Assembly (NCBI GenBank): GCA_964019425.1
Contig: OZ025798.1
Location: 1,178,001-1,242,000, forward strand
Source: Flectonema sp. DT1601
Taxonomy: Eukaryota
Reading direction: 5' to 3'
Length of the DNA stretch: 64,000 nucleotides
Both the position numbers and the translations under genes were made by a program. Positions 35,626-44,801 of the stretch are shown one piece after another. Below the pieces are notes generated by a model. That model saw only the letters and a list, made by a program, of their open reading frames with translations. It did not search any database and was not told the DNA's origin. Position 1 is the first letter of the stretch, and each line of letters starts with the position of its first letter.

Positions 35626-37177
35626 ACTTAAAAAAGTTTTTTTTTTTAATTTTCTTTCCTATATTCTTATTGCGGGAATTATCCTTGCAAGGAATTTTTC
35701 CTCAAAAATCGTTATTTCACAAGATTCTTCTCCCACAAAAATAATTCCTGATCAAGGAAAATTTTTTACTGGGGGTTTCCTTTGGTGATCTGGTAAGGAA
35801 TTATTATTGTGAGGAATTTTTTTTTTGGAAATTTTTTTTTCAGCAAAAATTCTTGAGTTCCTCACAAGAATTTCGGCACGAGGTATTAAGTTGCTCGACC
35901 TTCGCTGTTTTTTTTCGATACGTGATTAGTCCGTTAGAGGACTGTCGGTGTGAAAGGAAAGAAAGTCGGAACGGTGGCCAAAGATTAGTGAGTTGACTGA
36001 GTTGGTCAGTTACCAGCATGGTAGCTAGCGGTTTCCTTATGATGTTAAATATCGTTATGATGATATAGTTGTATTTTACAAATCAAACTCAAACGCCCCC
36101 CTTCCTGGTGTTCGTCTTGGTGATTAATTCACAGTTGAATAACTCGATTCCGTACTGCACTGAATGACAACACGGAAAAAAGAGATGTGTATGCAGCTGA
36201 GAGGAATCGTAACTTCAAGTGCTTTTGCATTCTGAAGATTGCAATGGATGATAATTAAATCTGTCAGTGAGTATCAATTGGTGGGTAGACCACCGAAGTT
36301 ACTGTGAACAAACCAGCGTGTCCAAAGCAGGCGTTCGTCTTGTATTTTACGTATAAAATCCAACAGTTAACCCCCTTCAAGTTTTCAAGACAATATAATT
36401 ATTAATTAAATACTCATGGGTTTTATAAAAAACTGTTGCGGTTACATAAGCAAGTGGTGCTCAACTATGTTCACGTGGTATTTATTTATCTGCAGTCATT
36501 TACTACGCTGCCGCTGACAGTCAAGATTGTCAGAGAAATACCTGGTCAATTTGACTTGACATCATTTTTTCTCGCAATTTTAAAATAAAAACTTTCTCCT
36601 CTCTTCGGCTATTACTACAAACTTTATTTTCAATCTCTCAAGACAAAAGCTTATGTGGGAACAATTAGACAGGAGCATGATATCCAAAAGTTACATGTCT
36701 GAAATCATGGAGAATACATTCTTTCGGAGTTGCTTTAACCAGTAGAATCAGATGCGTGGTCCGTTCCGGTAGGACTCCCTTCTTACGAATGTGTGGTGCC
36801 TCGTGTTAGCGCTTTGGATAGTAATAACCATTGGCGGCGACTATGCACGGGGTGGCCAGTGGGTTTAATGAGGTTGTTGTGTAATCCCCTTCCATGGCTC
36901 TGTTTCGGCATGCTGGAAAGCGAAGCTCTGAAGTTTACTTCAGGTTAGTCTTGTAAGCCTATCCTTCCGGTTCAGTTCTCGGCTTGGTTGATTCCCTCGA
37001 TCGTCCCATCCAGGAGTTTGTGTGCATGGTGAGGCCCTCTGGAAACCCAGCCCAGCACAAGACACCAGGCTCACGGCGAAGATTGGACCCGAAAGTAACC
37101 TTGCGTTCTGTTCTGTTGGCAAGCTCTCTGGCTGAGTGCGTTCGAAGTGAGTGGAATTGCTAGTTTGTTGGGTTATG

Positions 37178-37738
37178 TTCGTAGCAGCTTCACGGTGACG
37201 GCGGCCTTATTGAGAATTATCCCTCGTTGTTACATGTTACGTAATGATTGGGTTCTCAAGACTGGTTGCTTGCTAATGTGAATGCTGACGTTCGAACTGT
37301 TGTTCGTAGCAGCTTCACGGTGACGGCGGCCTTATTGAGAATTATCCCTGGTTGTTACATGTTACGTAATGATTGGGTTCTCAAGACTGGTTGCTTGCTA
37401 ATGTGAATGCTGACGTTCGAACTGTTATTCGTAGCAGCTTCACGGTGACGGCGGCCTTATTGAGAATTATCCCTGGTTGTTACATGTTACGTAATGATTG
37501 GGTTCTCAAGACTGGTTGCTTGCTAATGTGAATGCTGACGTTCGAACTGTTATTCGTAGCAGCTTCACGGTGACGGCGGCCTTATTGAGAATTATCCCTG
37601 GTTGTTACATGTTACGTAATGATTGGGTTCTCAAGACTGGTTGCTTGCTAATGTGAATGCTGACGTTCGAACTGTTATTCGTAGCAGCTTCACGGTGACG
37701 GCGGCCTTATTGAGAATTATCCCTGGTTGTTACATGTT
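37178..37738 (+). repeat. 125-bp tandem array (4 full units plus a partial fifth); each unit is self-complementary
   Basis: GTAGCAGCTT recurs at 37181, 37306, 37431, 37556 and 37681; units are nearly identical. Confidence 0.95.
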
Positions 37739-37884
37739 GAAAGTTGCAGGTTAACTGTGGCTGATTCACGTAATGGTTGGGTTCTCAAGACTGGTTGTTT
37801 GCTAATGTGAATGCTGACGTTCGAACTGCCCCGACTTTCGAGTAGTTTCCTTTTCCGGCGTGTAACAATCCCGACTGACGAAAA

Positions 37885-38278
37885 AGGTTGGAGGAATTGC
37901 TAGTTTGTTGGGTTATATTCGTAGCAGCTTCACGGTGACGGCGGCCTTACTGAGAATTATCCCTGGTTGTTACGTGTTGAAAGTCACAGGTTATAGCGTC
38001 AAAATAACACTCGCGTGGGTGGTTGCTCTCTTCGGAAAGCATAACTTCAGACCCGTCAATTCGCGGCGCTTATATCTACACACATTAATTAGTTGAACGA
38101 GTTCAAGTCACTTCCCTGCATAGCAGATCCGTGTCCTCTGTACTAACGCTATACTAAGTGTGACTGTGACTGATACACGTAATGGTTGGGTTCTTTAAGT
38201 ACTCAGGACTGGTTGCTTGCTGATGTGAATGCTGACGTTCGAACTGCCCCGACTTTCGAGTAATTTCCTTTCCGACTT
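37885..38278 (+). ncRNA. Putative rod-like structured RNA of unknown class
   Basis: Nested pairings AGGTTGGA/TCCGACTT, GTTGGG/CCCGAC, TTCAC/GTGAA, GCGGCC/GGTTGC, TTACGTGT/ACACGTAA, AGTCACAG/CTGTGACT, TATAGCGT/ACGCTATA; inner cUUCGg tetraloop at 38030-38035. Confidence 0.55.
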
Positions 38279-38315
38279 AGGATGACGCAGCGTGGTGGGT
38301 GCCTTGGGATTTAAT

Positions 38316-38506
38316 AAATAAAGCGGAAATAAAGGGGCTTTCCCACCCCCCTTTATTCCGCTTATTTCCCCTTTATTTCCCCTTTATTTTGGAAAAAAAG
38401 GAAAAAAAGCCCTTTATTTGGATTAAAAGCCCTTTATTTCCCCTTTATTTTGGAATTACGGAAATTAAAGGGCATTAAAAGCCCTTTAATTTCCCCTTTA
38501 TTTTGC
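38316..38506. repeat. Right subterminal repeats (CCCTTTAW/TAAAGGG)
   Basis: Same motif as the left end, mostly in the opposite orientation. Confidence 0.85.
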
Positions 38507-39817
38507 CCCCTTTAAAGGGGTACAAGTATGTTGTTTTTTTTTTCTTCTTTGCTTCATTAAACTCACTGAATGAAGTGTTCTTTCCCTTTTCGAGATTATT
38601 GTCACAGTAAGAGAGTCGCAGTCAATCAGACGATGACCCGATTAGTTTTACTTAAAAATTTTCTTCCTACAATGTTGTGTAGAAGGGGGTGTTTTTTGAG
38701 AGTTTTTTTTATTTTATTTGTTTGTTTGTATATTCTCCTCATCTCTTCCTTCTTTCTTTAGTACAAAAAGAAAGTTAGAAGCGTGGTCCTTGTTTTTTCA
38801 CAAGGATTTTATGGATGACATAATCGAAATCACGCAGCTTTTTCTTCAAGGAGGAAAGAAAAAGGTTAATTCCTATGCTTTTTGTTCTCTCTTTTTCTTG
38901 GTGTCGATGAACATAACTCTTGTTTCCTGGTAAGCACTGGTTGGGTGGCATGAGTGGAAGCTTCTTACTTGTTTGTAATGTAAGCGATGACCTGTTATTC
39001 ACACTAATCTAGTCTACTCAGCGAAAAGTCGGTACAGTACTATACGATACAAACCCGCCTAAGAAACTCAGGTCGAATCCCCCCCATTCCCCCCCTCCGT
39101 TATTCTTCATTTTCTATTGCGAATACTAATTGCGGATACAAAGACGGAACTTACTTTGTTGGAAGTCTCTCTAGTGAGGTGCAGGAACACTGTGATCTGT
39201 TGGGTTGCAAGGAGAGTTGGAGTTGATGGCAACCGTTTCCCAGTTGTGTTGTGCGCTATATCTTGTTTGTTATGTTTGGTTATGTGTGTACTCTATTAGG
39301 GTTGTTGACTGATGCTGACATGTTCGTCGCGTTGGTGTTGTCAAACTTGCGGAATAGACTTCGCAAGACCAGTTCAAAGTGATTATCAAAAGAGTTACAA
39401 ATATAGAAAGAAGAAACTAATTTTTCTCTTCACCCTAAAAACGGGTTGTTGCTTGACTAATACATTTAGGTCAGCTATAATAATTTGTTGTTGACGCCGA
39501 GAAGTTCGTCAACAGATGCTCAATTACTGTGAAATCTTATTCAAAAAGTCTTACTCGTCAACCTTCACTCGTTTGTCTAGCTGCGCTTGTGTGGCCGGGA
39601 CGCGCTTAGGTAGAGTTCACTGTAAGATTTACCGTTGCGAATCCACTATTTCAGTTAATTACGTATGAGAAGTGCTTAACATCACTTTTACACAGAGTGT
39701 TTTAATTAATCAGAATGAGATGATAACTTGATCACGTAAGACATGCTTGTGAGCTTCCTTGAGGAGTTTGTAGAAGGTTTCCTTATCACATAAATATATT
39801 GTTTTTCATTACAGGAT

Positions 39818-40585
39818 ATGGGAAATACACCGATTCCTGACGATGCTGAGATTGTTGTATCGGCGCTGCAAGTGACTCGCCGAATATTATGTGGGGAGTG
39901 TCTCTGGATGGCTATGGGATGTCGAGCTATTGAAGCTGAGGTAGCTGCTGGGATAATTGCCGACTGCTGGGAGGGAAGCCGCGTTCATCGAATGGAGAAC
40001 AAACTGCTGTACAGCTACTCTCTTCTCTTACTTCTACTGATTGCATCTGTTGTCGTGTTTCTCTATCATATTATTGATTTTTGGCCATTCTGTGTCTTTA
40101 CTGGTATAATCACAGTGTATGCTGTGTGGGGTAAAATAATCCATTCAAATGCAATGCGGTGCTTCAAACAGCAAACAATGTCAAGTTTAAGAGAACACAA
40201 ACCTGAATTCATATGGAGGAATAAGGGAATGGCTTTCTTCACGACAAAGATGCAGGGCATTGACTGCGAGGTGGTTCAAACAAATGAGTCGACTAGTTTG
40301 GAAGAGCCGACAATTATTTCGGAGTCGGACTCGTCGAACTTGTTTTGGGAAACATCAATTTCTTCGTCTTTTGAAAAACGAGACCAACTCAAGCGACTGG
40401 CATCTCAGAAGGCGGCGATTCTTCGATCTGTTCCTTACGGACGGACACCACCTGATCTTTTAATCACACTTTGTGATACTTGTGAAACTCGTTATTGGAG
40501 AGATCGGAATTGTGCAGCCATGCACTGTACGAATTGTGCAGCACCATATCGTGAGACGTATTTAGAGTCATCAGCTCGTGTTTAA
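39818..40585 (+). CDS. Hypothetical two-TM protein with C-terminal CxxC...CxxC zinc ribbon
   Basis: ATG just after tttttcattacAG; hydrophobic hairpin; CDTC...CTNC. Confidence 0.7.
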   Translation: MGNTPIPDDAEIVVSALQVTRRILCGECLWMAMGCRAIEAEVAAGIIADCWEGSRVHRMENKLLYSYSLLLLLLIASVVVFLYHIIDFWPFCVFTGIITVYAVWGKIIHSNAMRCFKQQTMSSLREHKPEFIWRNKGMAFFTTKMQGIDCEVVQTNESTSLEEPTIISESDSSNLFWETSISSSFEKRDQLKRLASQKAAILRSVPYGRTPPDLLITLCDTCETRYWRDRNCAAMHCTNCAAPYRETYLESSARV

Positions 40586-40915
40586 CTCTCGTTTGATTTA
40601 TCAATACTTTACCATTGTACAGAATTACAACGTTTTCACTGAGTTAAGTTGAACTACCTCCCACCTCCCATCATTCTCCTACCAGATACTATTTACACGT
40701 TCCTTCTTCCCTGCAAACTATGTTTTCTATCATAGTTTTTGTGACTTCTTCCGTAGTTTCAGTCCCTTATGATTGATCTGTTTCAGATCTGGTGGTGAGG
40801 TTGGCAATTTAATTAATTATTCTACTCTTCAGATGATATGTTGAATCGGATTAATGAAATTGTAAAATGAGTTTAAAAATATTCATATAATTATTATCAA
40901 ATTATCTCTCCACAG

Positions 40916-41914
40916 ATGGGATCGTCCGTTGCTCTAAAGGCGATAGCACAGTTATGGGTTTTAGTACAATTATGGCTATGGAAAATGTTCTTTCACGACC
41001 ATCCACCGGAGCAGCATCAGGATGTGACGCACGTTCATGAAGTAAAGCTGTCTCTGATATTTGTGATTTTTTTTTATCTTCTTAGAAACTACGCTTTTGG
41101 AAAGCTGATGGTAGCGAGACTCGGTGCGTATGTTGGTGTAATGGTAGACACGATTGCATTAAAATTAATAAATCAAAGTATAAGTCTAATCATGCATATC
41201 TTTTCAACTATTTGGGCAGTCGTATACCTCCCTCACGAAGAATGGTTTCTCGACCTCCTCGCAGGTAAAAATAGCGTCCTATTCGAAAATATTGTAACCG
41301 GCGGTGACATTGAAATGTCACTCCCATTTAAAGTATTTTATAATGTTCATCTTGGATATCAATTGCATGCGCTTCACTTTACAATCAGAGAAGGAAGTTT
41401 ATTTTGTCAAGATAGGAGGGCAGACTACAGGCAAATGTTAGCACATCACATTATTGCAGTTACTTTGATATTTCTATCGTATATCATGGGATACTTTCGT
41501 ATTGGAGTCTTGGTAATGATTTCTCATAATATTAGTGACATAGCTGTTTGTATTACGAAAAGTGTTAAGCTCCTTGGTTGGACCAGAGGATCTCTTTTCC
41601 TTCTTCCGTTTATGATCATAACATGGCTTATTACGAGACTGGTATTTTATCCATTTTATGTTCTTGCTGCTGTTATGTCTATTCCATTTCATAAACTTTC
41701 ACTTTTCCACGCAATTCCCGTACTCGGATGTTGTTGTGGTCTGTTCTTCCTGTTGCTTCTCAATATTTTTTGGTTTGTTAAGTTTTTGCAAATGGCTGGT
41801 AATGCGGTTCTGTTTGGAAACGCTGCTGACATTACAGAATCACGGCGAACGAATTCAATTTCAGACAAATATGGAGTTTGGAATAAACAAAAATGGTGGC
41901 AGATAGGTGGCTAG
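40916..41914 (+). CDS. LAG1: Ceramide synthase (TLC/Lag1 family)
   Basis: Multi-TM; Lag1 motif RRADYRQMLAHHI...GVLVMISHNISDI; WLITRL; LLLLNIFWF. Confidence 0.85.
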   Translation: MGSSVALKAIAQLWVLVQLWLWKMFFHDHPPEQHQDVTHVHEVKLSLIFVIFFYLLRNYAFGKLMVARLGAYVGVMVDTIALKLINQSISLIMHIFSTIWAVVYLPHEEWFLDLLAGKNSVLFENIVTGGDIEMSLPFKVFYNVHLGYQLHALHFTIREGSLFCQDRRADYRQMLAHHIIAVTLIFLSYIMGYFRIGVLVMISHNISDIAVCITKSVKLLGWTRGSLFLLPFMIITWLITRLVFYPFYVLAAVMSIPFHKLSLFHAIPVLGCCCGLFFLLLLNIFWFVKFLQMAGNAVLFGNAADITESRRTNSISDKYGVWNKQKWWQIGG

Positions 41915-42757
41915 TTATCTCATACTTTTAGTATTTTCACGTTTTTTTTTTTTTTTTTTTGTTGCGCATTCTATTTACTATCCTTTCGCGCCTTTGATCC
42001 AACAATCACTACATAGTGAATAAGATTGGAATTACTGGGAAAAAAAAAAAAAAAAAAAAAAAAAAGTAATTTATCATCGGTCAAGTCAAAGAAGAAGATT
42101 TTACCAAATAATATTATCCAACTTTTTGTATAGTTCGTAACTATTTGTACGAGTGATTTCATTTTGTAGAAAAGAAGTAGCCGTCCTTATTCGACAACTT
42201 CATCTTCGTGTTTATAGCTAATAGTTTTTGAAGAGAAGTCTTTTTTATTAATTCTGTCTGTCTTTGTTGACCGACCGATGTACTTCACTCAGATGACCTA
42301 TTAAACAGTACCACCTTATGTTGGAATAGAGTAAGAGCGATGGTTTTATTGTTTGTAGAATAATTGATATTAATTTGATGGTTTAAGTGTGTGAATAAAA
42401 ATACTTAGTTTTTATATTTCGGGTGGCTGTTGTCTCTGTGTGCATGTGGGACCTGATAGCTGGTTGGGTTCAGCTTCACGACTTCCCGCTATGAAACAAG
42501 CAGCAGCCTCCGTATTTCTCCTTTCTCGACAACAGAAAAGGAAAAGAACGGCTCTATGCTCTACCAGTGGATTAGTTTTGAACTATTTAATTATCAACAG
42601 TTACTTATAAGTAAGTGAAATATTTCTAAACCCTCAGCACACCAATATGCTCCCAGAGAGATCTTTTCGTATCGTATTAACCTCTCTCTCCAGTAGGTTT
42701 GTTATTAATATTTCATATCAATTCTATTCATCCCCCAAAAGAGATCAGACTAATAAA

Positions 42758-44155
42758 ATGTCAACAACAAGAGAATTGTTGAGAAGGAGAATGTTGAGAA
42801 GGGACGGGTCTGTAAAGACCTTTACCGTAGCTGAAGTTGCAGAGCACACTAAACCACACGACGCGTGGGTCATCTTAGGAGCAAAGGTTTATGACATTAG
42901 TGGATTCAACAACCACCCGGGTGGGTTTGATGTTCTCGAACAGTGTGCAGGAAAAGACGTAACTGACGCCTTTAGTGTTAACCACCCGGAGGAAGTGGTC
43001 GACCAAATGACGACCTACTACTTGGGAGAAGTAGAAGACGCAAAGGAACCTAACGCACTCATTCGTGATTTCCACGACCTTGATCAGGAGTTTAAATCAT
43101 CTGGTCTTTACGAAACACAATACTCATTCTACGTAAAACACGCTGTTTGGTTGACGTTCTTGTTTTCACTCGTTTTGATTCCATTTACTGTCGCTGAACA
43201 AAACATCTACACCATCACCCTCTCCGCATGCGCTCTCGGATTATTCTGGCAGCAGTGTGCCTTTATCGGACACGATATTGGTCACAATGCTATCTTCCAT
43301 GACAGAGCGTTCGGTGACTACATTGGATCCCTCGCTGTTGTTATTTGCTTTGGAGTCTCTGGTCAGTGGTGGAAGAGAAACCATAACGTTCACCATATCG
43401 TAACGAACAGTATTAATGGTGATCCTGATATTCAATACCTACCAGTGTTTGCTCTTGATTCAAAGATGTTGAAAGGATTTTACTCGATTTACCACAAGAC
43501 TCGCTTTGTGTACGACAAGGCTGCGCAGTACCTCGTTTCTATTCAGCACATCTTGTACCTTCCAATTATGGCTCTTGCACGTCACAACCTGTACTTGCAG
43601 TCATGGATCTTCGTCCTCACTGGACGTGGTGTTCGTAACAGACTAGTTGAGATCGCTTGTCTCCTTGTCTACGCTCTTTGGGTAGCTGAATTGACTCTTC
43701 GTGTTGAAGAAGGATTTGCTCTGTACTGGTGGCTTCTTAGTCACGCTGTGTGTGGTATCCTTCACGTTCAAATTACTTTGAGTCACTTCTCAATGGAAGC
43801 CTTTGAGAACGTTGATGGAACAATTCACAGAGATGCTGATGATGACTTCGTTAGACATCAATTGGCGACATCACTTGATGTTGAGTGCAGTACTTACATG
43901 GATTGGTTTCATGGTGGTCTTCAGTACCAGGTAGTTCATCACTTGTGGCCGCGTCTTCCTCGTCACAACACGAGATATATTAGAGACAAGTTTCTGATTC
44001 CTCTTTGTGAGAAACACGGACTGACATACCACTCACTTCCATTTTTGCCAGCCGTTGCGAAGACATTGAAGCACATGAAGCAGCAGGGGGATCTCGCGTG
44101 GAAAACCGCACCTGGTGAATCGATGATTGCTCAAGCGATGAACCTCGAAGGGTAA
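42758..44155 (+). CDS. SLD: Cytochrome b5-fused front-end desaturase, delta-8 sphingolipid desaturase-like
   Basis: HPGG; His boxes HDIGH, WWKRNHNVHH, QVVHHLWP; DPDIQYLP, HVQITLSHF and FHGGLQYQ are typical of SLDs. Confidence 0.85.
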   Translation: MSTTRELLRRRMLRRDGSVKTFTVAEVAEHTKPHDAWVILGAKVYDISGFNNHPGGFDVLEQCAGKDVTDAFSVNHPEEVVDQMTTYYLGEVEDAKEPNALIRDFHDLDQEFKSSGLYETQYSFYVKHAVWLTFLFSLVLIPFTVAEQNIYTITLSACALGLFWQQCAFIGHDIGHNAIFHDRAFGDYIGSLAVVICFGVSGQWWKRNHNVHHIVTNSINGDPDIQYLPVFALDSKMLKGFYSIYHKTRFVYDKAAQYLVSIQHILYLPIMALARHNLYLQSWIFVLTGRGVRNRLVEIACLLVYALWVAELTLRVEEGFALYWWLLSHAVCGILHVQITLSHFSMEAFENVDGTIHRDADDDFVRHQLATSLDVECSTYMDWFHGGLQYQVVHHLWPRLPRHNTRYIRDKFLIPLCEKHGLTYHSLPFLPAVAKTLKHMKQQGDLAWKTAPGESMIAQAMNLEG

Positions 44156-44767
44156 ATTAAAACGACCGTTAACAGAACTGAAACGATTAAGAAAAAAAAA
44201 ACGAATAACGAAAATAACTTGATGTAGAAAATCGGAAAATTTTATTCTTTTTTTTTTTTTTTTTTTAGTGTTAATTTTGTTTTTTCTCTCCCCCCTCTGC
44301 TCTTTCCAAATTTTTTTCTTTTTCTCTTTTTTCTCACCACCACGCCTTTCCCCCTATTTTATTTTATTCTTCTTTATTATTTTACATATCAGTAAGCTTC
44401 AAGTTCTGTAGTTGTTTTTGCCCGATGTGACTGCTTCATGCATGTCGTATCGCAGAATAACTCTTGCCGTTCCTCTTAATTAAATGGAGTAGTACGAATC
44501 TAAAGTCATCTCACGATTTTCAACCTCCTTAAAACCATTATTATAACCTGTGAAAGTAGCGTTGATCAAAAGAAAAAACAAGAAAAAAAGAAGAAAAAAA
44601 AGAAATAAATATTGACAAGCAATTCCTAAGGAGAGAAGTGTGAAGAAACACATCACTCAAGCTACAGGGTTTTTGTAAACAAATATTGAAATCCCTGACT
44701 GCATCCACATGAACCTAACGTTTCAGTGAACTCTGATTGAAGAAGGAAAGAGCAATTGCGACTCTCT

Positions 44768-44801
<34 letters not shown>

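Larger units (their letters stand above)
35316..38530. mobile_element. Non-autonomous TIR DNA transposon-like element (~3.2 kb)
   Basis: CATACTTGTACCCCTTTAAAGGGG at 35316-35339 and its exact reverse complement at 38507-38530. TTGTTT flanks both sides (35310-35315, 38531-38536). Subterminal repeats at both ends; no transposase ORF. Confidence 0.85.

Noticed and set aside
29961..35788. Short poly-Phe/poly-Lys ORFs in the ORF track (also at 17520-18274, 44662-45585, 49768-52259)
   Set aside because: Artefacts of homopolymer runs with no protein-like features.
35868..35883. GAATTTCGGCACGAGG resembles the cDNA EcoRI adaptor GAATTCGGCACGAGG
   Set aside because: It has one extra T and is continuous with the local GAATT motif block, so chance or an element end is more likely; a read check would settle it.
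37178..37738. CRISPR array interpretation of the tandem repeat
   Set aside because: Units are near-identical 125-mers without unique spacers; no cas genes; eukaryotic context.
37875..37881. CTGACGA, a hammerhead ribozyme core motif, at the base of the rod
   Set aside because: No properly placed stem II-GAAA or stems I/III could be found.
38142..38159. ACTAACGCTATA-c-TAAGT resembles the 5' end of a kinetoplastid spliced leader
   Set aside because: The rest of the SL exon and its GT donor are missing, and the segment is explained as the arm pairing with TATAGCGT.
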